Shown here piece after piece: positions 23,440 to 37,329 of a DNA stretch of 64,000 bases. The notes under the pieces are model-generated. The model had not been told where the DNA came from and did no database searches. It saw only the letters and a list, made by a program, of their open reading frames with translations. The position numbers and the translations under genes were made by a program. The DNA is from Felis catus (taxonomy: Eukaryota). The first letter of the stretch is position 1. The number at the start of each line of letters is the position of its first letter. Location of the stretch: assembly GCF_018350175.1 (NCBI RefSeq), contig NC_058368.1, positions 155,994,001 through 156,058,000 on the forward strand, written 5' to 3'.

Positions 23440-24800
23440 AACCACATATCTAGATTTCCATAATTGTTTAATCTTAGCTATTTTTATCAAGTGTTTTATT
23501 TGGATTCATCTTTTGCTAATAATAATTAGCATGGGTGCTCCAGTCCCTAAATTCTTACCTGCTTTAGAATGTTGTCTTTATATATGAAAGATAACTTGCC
23601 TATGAATGAAATTCTTAGATCAAATTTTTTTTGCCCCTGGAAACTAATAGGCACAGCCCCACTGTTCTCTGTCATTAAGTGTTGCTTTGAAGAAGTTTAA
23701 GACACACCTGGTTTTCTCCTTTATGAGACTTAATTTCTCAGGCATCTCTAAGATGCCCAAGTAATTTTATCCTTAAATACCAGAAATTACATTAGCATAT
23801 GTTTTGGTGTTGATTATTTTGTATTAAGTTTTCTCACATATAAAGGGCCTTTGGCAACATACAGATCAAATCTTTCTTTAGGAATGTTTTCTTATATATT
23901 ACATCATTTTTCATTCCATTTGTTCTATTCAGAAATTTTTTGGTTGTTGAACCTCCTTTGTCTGCTATATCTATCATTTCCTTTATAATAAATTTTATAG
24001 TTTTATCCTAATTTGGTTTGTGAGATTTATCTTCCACAATTTAATTTCTCAATTCTGATCCCCATGACTTTATTTTCAGGAGTATTCAGTTGAACAACAC
24101 AGAGGTTAGAGGCACAAATCCCCCGCAAAGAGCTGAAAATTCATATGTAACTTTTGACTCCCCGAAAACTTCATGGAAGCCTTACCAATTATATGAACAG
24201 TCAATTAATGTGCATTTTGCGTATTATATGTAACATATACTGTATTATTACAATAAAGGAAGCTAGAGAAAATGTTATTAAGAAAATTCTAAGGAAAAGA
24301 AAATACATTTATAGTGTTATAAAAAAAAGTGGTTTGCACAGTTCAAATCCATGTTATTTAAGGGTCAACTATATATTCTAATTTTTATTGCCTTTAAGGG
24401 GGCTTCCAAGTCTATAATGATTTCTACTTTTTCCATTTTTCCCGAGTTATCCAGCTCAGTTTTCATTTTATGTCATTGTACCACTTTTTTGAATTGTCCT
24501 TTGATTGTTTTCAAGAGGTCATGTTGTCTGTAATTTCTTTGAGACTCTGGAGAATTATTTTTTTGAACACTTCCTATGTTTCTCTGTGCCATCCTTCGTC
24601 CAATGCATACTCTTCATTTGTCTTTCATTTTCCCTTTTTCCCCGAGTTTTATGTGTAGGTCATAGTTGGGTTTTTCATGCTCATAAGGTAAACTTTCTTA
24701 AGGACAGGCTATTTCTTTTTGTTGTTTATTTGTGCTCTGGCTTCTTCAAGCCTCTCTGAAATTAATATATAATCTGATTATCATCAAGAGTTCTTGTAAT
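23440..24800 (-). mobile_element. Ancient L1M/HAL1-like fragment (ORF1 region)
   Basis: gaaagataacttgcc...gaaattcttagatca...ccactgttctctgtc...gttgctttgaagaagt is typical of old L1 antisense; interrupted by Tigger2a. Confidence 0.55.
24087..24371 (-). mobile_element. Tigger2a/MER28-like MITE
   Basis: TIR remnants cagttgaacaacac and cagttcaaatccatgttatttaagggtcaacta; internal gtaacttttgactcccc and aagctagagaaaatgttattaagaaaat. Confidence 0.85.
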
Positions 24801-25858
24801 ACTTGCATCATGAATATCTTGAGGTCAGTGTTAACAACCTTTCATCCAATGCTTCAGTGTTTCTCACACATCAAAGGTTTCCCAAAAACTCCTACCATGG
24901 GCTGGCTGATTCTCATCTCTCTTCTTTTCTCAATGCTTATCTATCACACTCCTTCAGGCTCCTCTGAAAGTCTAATCACTGTTCATCAAACATTTGTGGG
25001 CTAACCTTTCACTCCACTTCTGTCTCCAAGTGACATGTGATGTTTGTGAAAACAGTTTTAGGGCATTAATACACCTCTGGAATGGAGGACTAAGCAAAGG
25101 ATCAAATTGACTCTATTTTATTAAACACCACGTTGCTGTTCTTTTTTGGTTAGAGAAGTGGAGAGCGTATTTTAAAGGTAGTGTCCTTCTTAGTTCTTTA
25201 TTTTGACATGGTTATATGTTTTTGTATCAGGGATTATCGTGTTTCTTTTACTCTCCAATTCAGATATTGAGTCAGCAATGTTCTTTTCTCCTAATTAGGT
25301 TTTAGTTATATCTAGGGGCTCCCTAGGTGCCTGTGGCCAAGAACTCTAATATAAATAAAAATGCAATATAATTTTCTGTTCTATTATAATTATCAACTGA
25401 GTTAAACCTACTGAGATGACTATTAAGCTGCAACACAAACTTTGTGAAATGTGTGGCCCCTGAAAACATTTTTTACCTCAGTCCTAAAACGACCCAAGTT
25501 GTCAGAAAGGGGTAAGCTTACATATCACCTTCTTTTTAAAAGCATACTTTCCCAGACCTTCAGAACTTTTCCAAGCCACTCTGCCCTGGCTGTAGTCTGC
25601 CCTAATTATCTTTGGCAGTGAAGGAAACTAAGAGGCATCTCCTCAGCTCCTGCTCCTCATCTAGAGTGTTGTAACTGAAGACAGAGGCAGATAAAGGACT
25701 ATTCTTCTAACTAGAACAAGTTTGGCTTGAGTTATTTTATTTTTTCAAGTATTATATTCTCAAGTATCCTGCAAACATTCTTTCCCTGTATTTCTGTGGT
25801 GCCCAAACAAACAGGAACATCATAGATAAAAGGGGGTTTTAAAACAATAACCACAATC

Positions 25859-26082
25859 ATACAACATGGTAAGTAAATAATAATATATTGCATATTTGAA
25901 AGTTACTAAAAGAGTAGATCTTAAAATTCCTCATCGTGAAAAAAAATTTTGTAACTATGTATGATGACAGATGTTAACTAGACTTACTGTGTGGCGATCA
26001 TTTGGTAATGTATACTAGTACTGAATCATGTTGTGTACCTTAAACTAACATGTTATATGTCAACTGTACCTCGATAATAAAC
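25859..26082 (+). mobile_element. L1MA/MB-type 3' UTR end
   Basis: tttgaaagttactaaaagagtagatcttaaa...aactaacatgttatatgtcaactgtacctc..aataaa. Confidence 0.85.
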
Positions 26083-26780
26083 AATTATAACAGGCTAAGG
26101 AGACATACTGTTTTCACGACTGACAAAACTGATAGCATTCATCCACTTTTGTATCTCATCTTTCATGTACTTCCACAATATAGGGAGGCTCCAAGTAAAA
26201 CACTTCTTTGCTTTACAATCAGGCTGAACTTATTCCTTAAATCCAAACTGTGGCTTCCATGTTTTATGCTATATTATGGTCTATGATATTAGTATTAAAT
26301 CAGACATAAACAATTATAGCCATTGACAGTTAATCATCATACAAAGCTATCAAATATGTAAGTCCATATAGTTCATGGTATTTTTTTTAAAAAACTAAGA
26401 ATATCTAAAATATTTACAAAACAAATGGTTTTTAGTAGCTCTACTGGTTTGTAATACTGTAATGTACTTTATTTTCCAGCATAATTAATACATTTTAAAT
26501 ATCTGTTTCAGCTCAAGACTTAAAATATTAACAAATATTCTTTCAGGGAAAATACCATTAAAGCAAGCTTAGAAACTCTAACTCAGTAACATTTTACAGA
26601 CAAACTGCAGTTAAGTAAAACAAACAAATAAACAAAATAACAGGCCTCATGTAATTTTGCTTACAGGGAAACCCATTCCAAGATTCTAATGAGCATTCCA
26701 AGCACACAGTGAGAGAGAACCCTTATCTTTGTGAATGACTTCAAAGTATAAAGCTTGGGTTTGAATTAACTAACATCTAT

Positions 26781-27250
26781 TATTCAACAGTTCAGTTCGA
26801 CAGACATTTACTATACATATAGCACAAGGCACTGAGTTAGGTGGTATGAGGTATAAACAGACATAGAAGACAGGCCTCAAGGAGTGAACAAGCCAGTAAC
26901 TAGGAGATAAAGCATGCGTACAGGTCACTGCAATAGCAGACAGAAAGTGGTGATGCTATGAAAGGTAAAAACGAAAGGCTGGGTTAGCAGAGAAGCCGGA
27001 AGATTCACTTTTAGCTGGGAGTTAATGGAGAAGGCTTTGTGTAGGAGGGAGCATTTGAGTTGAACCTCAGAGGATAGGAAAGATGGGGCAGGGACCTAGG
27101 AAGGGCACAGCATGATCAAAGTCTTGCAAATGTGAAAGGAGTAGAGAGGTTTTGAACAAATGGAGCATAGCTTGTCCATGGGAAGACGTGTTAAGGTTGG
27201 AAAGAAGCTAATGTTTACACCTGAAAATGGATTGGGGTTTATTCACGTAA
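26781..27250 (-). mobile_element. L2 LINE 3' fragment
   Basis: tattcaacag...caaggcactgagttagg...gaaggctttgtgtaggaggg...atttgagttgaacct. Confidence 0.7.
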
Positions 27251-27255
27251 GAAAA

Positions 27256-27421
27256 AGTGGTTTTCCATGTTCCCTGTGCATTCAGAATCCCTCTGGAGAT
27301 CCAGTTAAAATTCCAGTTCCAAGGCCCATCCCAGATACTGGTCTGTGCATGTGCATTTTCAGTGAGCACTCTAGATCGCTCTGATCTGTGGTCCTTAGAA
27401 CTACACTTTGTGAAATACCTG
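27256..27421. mobile_element. MER5-family hAT-Charlie MITE
   Basis: agtggttttcc...gcattcagaatc..ctggaga...tgcattttc...acactttgtgaaa..ctg. Confidence 0.7.
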
Positions 27422-27610
27422 TGTGGGACCTGGAAAGCAGTTCTTCTGAATTTAGAATATATTTTTAGGTAATAGAAACTTTGCATGTTTTTTGAACAGG
27501 GAAAATTTGGTTACAGAAACTCTGGTTGTTTCGATTTGTTTATGGCACTAAATATTTTTTTTCTATTATGAAAGCAGATAATGAGCCCTTAAAAGGATAT
27601 TGATAAAATG

Positions 27611-27613
<3 letters not shown>

Positions 27614-27656
<43 letters not shown>
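27614..27656. repeat. Compound (CT)n(CA)n microsatellite
   Basis: Read directly. Confidence 0.95.
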
Positions 27657-28039
27657 AACAGCCTACACCTCCAGATGTAAGAAATTTCTCTTCTACCAAA
27701 AAGAGTGTTCAGAAAATAAGCTGTGCAAGCCCAAGAATTCTGCAGTTTGAAGTGTCTGTATTCAGAAGCAGCGTGAAACATCAAATGCTCTGCACATCAG
27801 TAGGTTTGGGTAGAAGAGAAATTTAAATAAGGGATGAACTACGCTGTGAAGCAGTAAGAAGGACTTCTATGTAATCTGACCTGTCAGTGTTAAGTTGAAA
27901 AGGGGTGTGCTCATGCTTACATAAATCTTCATGCTGCTTTTACTAATTAACATGTGTAAAAATCATAGGAAAATTTTCCACAGGAGAAGGTGATGCCTCT
28001 CCTTACCCCTTTATAATTCATTTTTCTTCTAAGCTTTTT

Positions 28040-28700
28040 TAATGGTGGCTGGAATCCTGCAGTAGGAATCACATTCTTGATTTTTTGACAGCATTGCCAC
28101 ATTTTCATCCTTTTGGTGTTTCTTAATTTCCGACTCTGCATTTTGACAGCTCAACCCTGTTGATTAATGCCTTGTAGGAACCCCTATATGGCCTGCCTGT
28201 TAGCGATCTAATTTTGTGCTGGAATGCCTGGGCTGGTATGTTGAACCGATTCACCACCCAGGTGGCTACATTTGGACTAAATGAGCTGTGAAGGGTTTCA
28301 TCTTTGCCCATCACAGTCTTCCTTAGCTGAGCCCCACAGTATGCAGCCACCGCTTCGACATGATTTGTCACAACCCATCAATAGAAAATAAATTATTGCC
28401 ATTCTCACTTGTCAATGGGCTTGTCTTCACTTCGGCTGGCCTAATGATTGGAAGCTCAAAGGGAACATTTCCCATCTTTGTGGAGCATGATTATGACCGA
28501 ATGCACTGCTCCCCTATGCATCTTGGCCAGTAAAAACACGTAGGGAAAGCAAATTAATTGGCTGTTTTGCGCCAGTGATTAGAACATTACGCTCGAAGTC
28601 TGCAGAAACTGATATTAGGCAAGCAAGATTAGGTCGGTTCTGACTTTTATTTGCTTAGTGCAACATGATTAGCAACTGCTTCATTCAAGGTTAGTGCTCT
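28040..28700. promoter_or_regulatory. Candidate conserved non-coding enhancer (Pbx-Hox/Meis grammar)
   Basis: Repeat-free complex sequence with TGACAG at 28086 and 28144, TGATTAAT at 28161, TTGTCA at 28365 and 28409, and several retained CpGs; conservation not tested. Confidence 0.45.
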
Positions 28701-30272
28701 TGCTGCTGAAGAAAATCTTCATAACATAATGATGCTGCATACCTTTAAGCTGATAAGCATGTTCCAGGCAGAAATCAAAAATCTCTTTGGGAAAGGAAGC
28801 AAATGAGGAGATGTAACAGAGAACTCATCAAATGGCTTTAGAGCCATTCTTATGTCTGGCACTTTTGAAAATTATATTCCTAGGAAACCCGCTCTGCAAG
28901 CTATATTTGCAGAATGTAGAGATGGTAATTGTGTCAGTTCACGAGACAAAGAATAAAAGTACCCAAGGAGCAACACGAAGTAGAAGGTGACACCTTTCAA
29001 TGAACTAACTAAAAATGAGCTTGCTTTAAAAGAAACCGAAACTCTTCTTTTTTACAAACTACAGAAAGAGCAGGAAGAGCAAAGGATACAATGGCAGGGC
29101 ATCAAGTTAGACCTCATAATTAAAATCAGAGATACAGTAGATCAAAGAGGAAACTGTATTTAAAAAATTAGGTCTAGGGTGTGGATTTGAGTTTCCCAGT
29201 TAACAGCTTTGCCTGCAGTATAATGACAAGGGGCTTTATCTAACAGAACAATAAACAAAGATGCAGTGTACAAGTAAAAGAATGCCTGACACTTTAATTA
29301 TTTTAAATATGGCGTTGTTTTAGATTTGGGCCATGTCTACAAAACTAAGCAGTTTTTTATGATTGCCCTATCTTATCTACCACCACCACCTAGGAATGAG
29401 AGAGGGAAACATACTGTGAATGAAAATCAAAATGTGAGTTCCCAACTTCCACTCTCTCTGGCCTTCTTAGTAAATCTTTTGCCATCTCATTGTTTGTTCT
29501 TTAGCCCAGAGACAGATGCCCCAGGAGTACAACGAAATCTGCAAAGGATACACACTTTAGAAATACTATTAAGTGTACTTTCATGTTTGTTTAATGTAGC
29601 TCAGGTCTCACCTCTGCCACAGAACTTGACGCATGTGGTTTAAGAACACTAAAATGCTTCTGCTCAGTACCAACAGAACTGAGGGATGCAGGGAACTTTT
29701 TCCCTACATCATAAATATTTTTGTTTACCAAACCTTTAGCATTTTCTTCCTCTTTTCCTAGCATGAGTTACTGTCTTCTGATCTTCGGAGACATAAGGTT
29801 CTTGAGCTCCCAAGTCAACCTCTTTGTCTTCTGGATTAAGGTGACATGTCATCTTGGAGAACTCCTCCTTTCACAGGTTAGTGGTCCTTATTGGAGGAAG
29901 TCTTGCCTGCTCAAGGCCTTCCTTCTTGACCTCTCCTGTTTCCAGCTTCTTCCAGTAAAGCACACTGCATCTTTTACTTCTCCTTTTATCTTCTTCCTGT
30001 CTTGGACTATTCAAGTAAGATCTATGTCCTGTATATTTTGTCTGCTCTTTGGGTTCTACTTACAACTCAGTTTTACCTTCTTGTCTTTGTATTTTGCTGC
30101 CCCCCAATTTTTTTAAATGTATACACACTATCCTTTACTTGACCCCATCTGCTCAAATTTGATCCTGGTGAACATTCTTTATCTTCTTTAGCTCCTAGAT
30201 CACGATATTTCCTTACAAAGCATATCCCTAACTGCATTCTGAGATGTGACTATATGTTTTATGTACACAATG

Positions 30273-30274
<2 letters not shown>

Positions 30275-30306
<32 letters not shown>

Positions 30307-30313
30307 ATACACA
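30275..30313. repeat. (CA)n microsatellite
   Basis: Read directly. Confidence 0.93.
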
Positions 30314-30877
30314 AATTAAATTTGGGGTCTTTTTAGAAATTATGTACCCATACCTGAATCAACATTGGGAAGTTAGATGAGAGATCACCTGGTATATTAA
30401 TAAATACACAGTTGTTACTCTATATTTAACACATAGATGGTTTTTGCTACCCAATGGCTGCCTTTATCTATGCTATCTATGCAGTGGTTGCTGTCAATAC
30501 TATGAATATTCGTGTGATTTCAACATATATTTGTAATATTTCGTATTTATTAAGATAGTAAGGATTTGTACTACACACATTTGTCGTCTGTGGAAGGTGA
30601 AAAAATAAATTTTTAAAAACAAAGTAGTCGTGTGTTTCTCAAACTTTTTCCCAATCAAAAAAAAAAACAAAAAACAAAAAACAAAAAAGCAAAATGATTG
30701 AATTCTTCAAAGTAAAAATAAACAATCTTATCTCTTTAGCTCCTGTTTATATACTGTTAAAATTAGAATTATGAAAAACATGCAATGTCAAGATTAGGAA
30801 ATAGGGTCTAGAAAACATCTGCATCAAGGCTTTACAATACACATATCTACCCTAAAGAGACAGCTCTCTCAAGAAAA

Positions 30878-31368
30878 GCGGAGGGTCTGAGATTTTACCC
30901 CGTTTTCAAGCTAACCAAATAGCCTGTCACAGTCTCATAAATGCTGACAAAAACACAAGGCCTTTAGGAAAGAGGCAAAGATGTTACTTAATCAGGGCAC
31001 CAGAGGCAAATCAGCTTCAGGTTCACGTTGTTACTATAGCTCCTCAAGTTGCACAAGGCAATGCAGATTGGCCCAGGTAGATGCTGCACCCATAGAGGGT
31101 TTGTGTCTCAGCTGAGGAATCTCAAAATTAGGCAATCTACTCTTACAAGATGGCTTCTGGAAAATGCACCCACCCTTTGCCCCTAAAGGGGACATTATCT
31201 TTATTATCTTGGTGAAGAAACAAATCTGTCTGTCCTGAGGGAGGCACTACCTCTGTCATCCAAAGGCTTTTTGCTATAGCCAACATCCCTGAAATGCAAA
31301 CATCCTTGGAAAGATAGTCCAGAACAAAAGCTGTCATCACCTGTGGAAACACCATGGAGAGCTACCAC
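30878..31368 (-). mobile_element. ERVL-class solo LTR (MER68/76/77-like; family uncertain)
   Basis: tctgagattttaccc...caagctaac..a.tagcctg.cacagt.tcat and gaaagatagtccagaacaaa resemble recalled ERVL MER LTRs. Confidence 0.6.
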
Positions 31369-31394
31369 CTTAATAAAGTTTTAAATACTATTAA

Positions 31395-31545
31395 TAATAT
31401 TCATTAGAATACTTCTGTGGTCTAGGTTGCTGTGTATATTATATCATTTAATTTTATCAATAGGTCTATGAAATAAGTACTATTATCCTCATTTCATAGA
31501 TAAGAAAAATTGAGGCACTCTAAGTTACTTGACCAAAGAGGACGT
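31395..31545 (-). mobile_element. MIR fragment
   Basis: tactattatcctcatttcatagataagaaaaattgaggcac core. Confidence 0.72.
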
Positions 31546-31934
31546 TTTTCTGCAGTACCTGCTACTCAGTATGCTGTATAGATAATAGTAATATTCTTGT
31601 GTAAAAAATAACTAGTCAGAACCAAATTTTGATGCATGCATTTCAGAAAGGAGACATAAAATGAAGTTCCTGATAGGCTATTGAAACAAGTCTGGATTTG
31701 ACTAGTTATAATCAATATGAATCGTGTACACTTGTATATTCTTTTGTAATTGACCATGGGGTTTCACAGATATTATTTTTTCTTTCAAAAACTATTGTTT
31801 GGTTGTCTACTCTAGGAAAAGTATTAAGTTTGGTTGTAGTGAACAGAAATAATGTTATTGCCTTCACTGAGTTTAAAGTCTAATCACAGAGAACACTGTC
31901 AAACAAGTAATACATAATTACTTAGTGACATTGC

Positions 31935-32990
31935 ATACTTTGACCTGGATGATCTCATTTATTTCCCCCAGAATGTGTTGCCATATATATATACTTACTC
32001 ATGACCTCCCAGAACTATAACTCTGGTTTCTATCTGACTGTGAGTTTCATATTTTTTTATCTGAAAGTTTTGCTAGGCATCTTGGGTGTTTCTTCCCACA
32101 AAAGGCTTTTTCTCTGGTGCTCTCTACCTCAGTGAATGACAGAACCATTTATCCAGTGACCAAATGAGACATTTGAGCATCATAATTTTGCTTTTTTCAG
32201 ATAAACCATCAAGTCCTATTTTATCTACTAAATATATTTTGAATTAATCCCCAGTGCCACTCATTTAATTTAGGACACCATTGTCTCTGGTGAGAATGAC
32301 TGCAAGACTGACTTGCAAGTTGGTGTTTTACTATCTCCTATTTTGCCCACCCCCTCTAAACCCATCTCCACTTTTCAGTTAGAACTAATTCTCTACAAAG
32401 GAAATTTGGTTAAGTCATTTGCCTATTTAAAACTTTTGATTCTCCATAGTCCTTAGGATAAATTCTTTGCAGAACACACAAAAGTGCTTTATGAGGGGAC
32501 CCAGACTCATCTTTTACCTTAACCAACTCTGATTTCCAGCATAGATAACTATTTTCACATGTGAATGTATAATGTTCTTTCTCATCTTGAGTGGCACAGG
32601 TGCTGTTTTGTGCAATGGAATACTACTTTGCTTTTTTGCCTTCACTTGTCTGACCCTCCTTCCAGCTTTGCCTGGCCAACTCCTATCCTCTGAATTCTAA
32701 AGTGTTGCTCTTATTGTGAAGTCCTTGCTGCTGTTCCTAATTTGGATTGAATTTCCTTCCTCTGTATTTCAGACAGCACCTGTCCTCTGATGATGGCATA
32801 CATCATATTGGACTGTAACTGCCTTTCTATTTGTTTTTATATACTACAAACCCCAGGAGGGACAGGAACTGTGTCTTCTTTACCATTCTGTACAAAGTGC
32901 TGAAGTACCGAGCACATACCACACTCTCAGTATTTTTTAATGCATAGATGAGTATATACATAAATGAGTGAATAAGTGAACAAATGAACT
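31935..32990 (+). mobile_element. L2 LINE 3' region
   Basis: ctacctcagtgaatgac...caggagggacaggaactgtgtc... ending in a tgagtgaataagtgaacaaatgaa L2 tail. Confidence 0.7.
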
Positions 32991-35900
32991 AGGACTCCTG
33001 TAATTTTCTCTACAGCTCATGTGATGCATGGAAAAGAGGGGCTCTACACAGATTAGACTCTTCTCTCTCTTATTAAGTAATTGGGGACATATTTGAAAAG
33101 AAATGGAAATTAAACCATCAAATAAAAACAAGATAATAAAAAGGAAACCCTTCAAAATAGGCTTTTATTCATTTAAACAAACCTTTGATATAAGAGAAGT
33201 TCGTTTTTGTTTGGCCTTGTTTCACTTCCACACCCTTTCCTAATTAGCATCACTCTCCCCACCTCCAGCCTCTTCTCCTAAATCAGTAACTGAGTGTTCT
33301 TGCTGAGCTTAGCTGCCCAAAGCCATCCACTGTTGGGGCCCCAGAGCTTGCCGTTTGAGGAATTCGCCCGGTCCTGGCTATCTTTATCTTGCCTTAATCA
33401 AACTTCGTTTCATCCTACATTCCTTTGCAAATGTAACACTGGCTGATATCCTAATGGCTCAAGGAATTATTTTTGCATTCTAGGAGTTAAAATGCCTCAA
33501 TTCAATGGAAAGAGAACAGTAAATACATGAGCAACTGTGACAAGCTATTGAGCTTTAGAACACACATCAAATAATAATCTCCATTCAGACTTTTTCCCTG
33601 TGTTTGTTGCGGGCCTAGCCTGAGTTCTGACAAAGAAAAATCATTAAAACATTGTTAATTGTATATATGAAATACAAATTTGGTTAAGAGTAGGATAATC
33701 TAAATCACAACGTTCAAACGACATTAACTTGCTTCTCTTTTCCTATTGAGGAATTCATTAAGGAAATACGACAGGCAAACAATTTCAAAGGACGAGAGAA
33801 CAGAAGTGAGAGCTTCAGAAAGATGACTTTTTAGGTTGCAGAAAGCATTGGGTGACAAATATTCAGGGAATCAGGAAGCAAGATGGAATGGCAGTGAAGG
33901 AAATGGAAAAGAAGCATCCGAATGGCAATAAGAGATAAGGGCCGAGTGGAAATTTGAATGTATTACCAAAGGAGAGCAGAAGCTAATGAAAGTAGTAAGA
34001 AAACAGACCTCATGTGCATGAGCACAAGTCTTCATCCAGCAGGTACATTTCACACAGGCGAGAGGAGAGATCAATGCAAGAAGTAAACCAGGGTGCAGGA
34101 AACACCATTGATTGAGGAATGGGAGAAAGGGTTCAGAAGACAGCATAGAACAAAGATTTGACCTTAGACTTAGTGTGGGGGTTGTGAAGAATCAGATATT
34201 TTTTAAAAAATTGATGAGCTGAAATATTGACAGAGATTATAGAGATATGTTTTTGTCTGGCTCTAAATATGAGATAAAGATGGAAAGAAAGATTTATGAG
34301 TTAAAATTCCTTCTATTTTTATTATTGCTAGTCTCATTGGCCTAAGTACTTGTTCTCTCTATTTCTCTCTTCCCATTTTCCCTGATTAATCTTTCTAAAA
34401 GCCATTTGATTATGTCAACCTAGTTATTGCTTTGTTAGTTACCTTTTATGAGCCCCTTCCTTATCTCCTAGTACTTTAATGCCTTGACTCGTTTCCTTCT
34501 CCAGTAAGCTTCTTGAAAAGGGTGGGCCTTACCTCAATGCATTTTCTCCTAGTCGCAGTAATCTACCTGGCCTAATCAATGACCTAATCAGTGAACACTT
34601 TTGATCTTAATCTCTGGCATTTGAACTAACTAATGCTTGTTCTTTCAAGAAACTCTCTCCTCATTGCTTTCTTACTTCTTCTCTTCTGTTTGTCCTCCCT
34701 GTCTGATCAATCCCCAGGAGTTCCTCCTCCACCTATCGCTACCCCCACCCCTTCTCTGAACTCCACAAACCCTTCTTTGGCCATCTCATAACCTTCTGTC
34801 AGGTAAACCCCTAGGCATTCCTGAGGACTCTCACCTGATAAGCTCCAAAGCCATATTTGCAACTATTCATACTTCCATGAGGATAAAGTCCTGGCACCTC
34901 AGATTCAGTATCCAAACTAGCATTCATTATCTCACTGCCTCCTCTTGACCCCATAGTATATGCTCCTTCATTGTGATTTTGGTGTATTGGGGAAGACAAT
35001 TCAGTTCATCCCATTGAAAAAGACTCTCCCAACTTGCTTTGTTCAGGCTGGTCCAGCACCCCCAGCATATCACCTTAACATCATTCCATCAGTTTAGAAT
35101 TACACATCAGCTGGGTGATTTGACCCCAGATAGGTATTGGTTCTGTCTAACTGTAGGAAACAGAGAACAAAGTAAGAATGTAATAACAACAGTGTTTAAG
35201 GAAGATCACTCTGGCATTCAACGGAAGGGATTTAGGCCTGAATCTGGAACTTCAGTCTGGGACTTGGGATGAAAAGGTAGGGGTAGCAGTGGGCATAGAC
35301 AAAGAGGAACATTTGTGTAAGACATGCTGAGAGAAATGTTGCTGGGAGGCAGTTCCATTCAGCTGGAATAGAAGGTATGTTTAGTTGCTGTCATTTAAGC
35401 TTTTTTAAAAACTTGGCTTTTCACACTGGTCAGGAGGAATAAAGCAATTCATTTGCGATAACAGGAGGTAAAAGGCAGTGACTGCCTGGTGCTATAGGAC
35501 CCTGGGCCGGGCCTGCCAGGCTCCCATTCATACTAGCGGACTCTGTCTGCCCTGAGCCGATTAGCATAAACACCACTAGGGCTCCATTTGGAGAGGTGAG
35601 CCATGTTTCTCCACCTCCTCTCCTCCCCTCCAAAGAATAGATTCACAGTAATTTTTTCTAAGAACTTTCCTATGCCAGAGACAGCCACAAAAGAACAGGA
35701 AATAGCTTGCTGGTTTTTTTTTTTCTTTTTTACACATTTCTAATCCTCTACTATTGCCCTTTCTTTGGTTATATTTTAGGAGAACTGAAAAGTACAGAAA
35801 CAGATTAGATTAAAATCTATATTTTAATCTTCCAGTTGCCAAATTTCCATGAATTTATGTTAATTAAATAACTCAAATCGGGCCCTCATTTACACATTTA

Positions 35901-37100
35901 CTCCTTAATTATTGTGATTATCTTCACTTTAAAATTCTACATCATCTAGAAATGAGTCCCATAAAACAAAAAATATTATGACATATTAATGTTGACATAA
36001 GGGGAAAATATGAACATTTCAAAAGATTTTTCCCTTTTTTACCATACATACATGTAAGAGTTGAATATGAGGCAATTATTTAAGCATTTCAGAGTTCAAA
36101 ATATCTCGATAACTGAAGGAAACATTTCAAACTTAACTATTTACATTTACTTTTCCATTTTATTTGGTGAGTCTAGACAATTTCAAATGGCATACGTCAT
36201 TTTGTATTGTCTTAGAATGGAAATATACGTAAACAGCATAATCAGAGAACTTAGCAAGAGAATAAAGGGCTTCACTTTGACAAATGTACAGTTCTCGGCG
36301 ATGTCTGGTATCACATCTTTTGCACACAGTGGCCTCTTTTATAGCTGAGCAGAGCACCACAGATGAGAAATCATGAAGACAGAACTTCTGCAGTGATGCA
36401 GTTTTCACAAAACTAAGTGGTGAATGAAATCCTGTCAGGATCGTCATGCACTGAATGAGCAGCCCATTGGACAACATATTTAGTTATATACACCCATAGT
36501 GTAGATAAGCCTATATTTTAAAATGATAGTTTGACTTAAATTTACTTTCTTTAAATTTAGTTCAAACATGGAGAATTAGGGTAGAGAACTATAGGGGAAC
36601 ACTTCTGCTTTTTATATATTCAGGTATAAGTGTTTTGTTTAAAAAAAAAAAAGAAAGAAAAGGACAGATAAATCTATTATAGAGATTTAAGGTGTCAGTA
36701 TTGAGAACATAAAAACAGATATGGGCCCGAAACACATGATACTAAGGGGGTTGTGTGATTTGTAATCAGAATCACTTATAAAGCAGATTTTCTTATCAAA
36801 ATAAGAAAGTGGGAATTCTACAAATGTCTTATTGGACTCTATTACAATTTGAACATATTACCCAATAATATATAAGCATGGGGTTCATTGAGTCAAAGTA
36901 GTGAAATTCAGAAAACATTGAATTTATAGAATGTTTGGTTTAAATCATGTGTATAAAAACAGTGTAACACTTCACATAAATAAGTAGGCGTTCTGGGAAC
37001 GTAACACCATTAGTAACTCCAAAGTCATATCAAAAGCCAGACATGCAAAAAACCAAAATGATCATAGCAGTAATGATACCCCTTAAAAACCACTCAAATG

Positions 37101-37315
37101 GGGGCACCTCGGTGGTTCAGTCGGTTGAGCAGAAGACTCTTGATTTCAGCTCTGGTCATGATTTCACAGTTTATAGGATTGAGCCCTGCGTCAGGCTCCG
37201 CTGACAGAGTGGAGCCTGCTTGAGATTCTTCTCTCTCTCTACCCCTCCCCCACTTGTGCACACGTGTGCACACTCTCTCTCTCAAAGTAAAAAATAGAAA
37301 AATAAAAATAAAAAG
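37101..37315 (+). mobile_element. CanSINE
   Basis: GGGGCACCTCGGTGGTTCAGTCGGTTGAGC...gactcttgatttcagc, (CT)n tract, A tail. Confidence 0.93.
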
Positions 37316-37329
37316 AACACCACACATAT

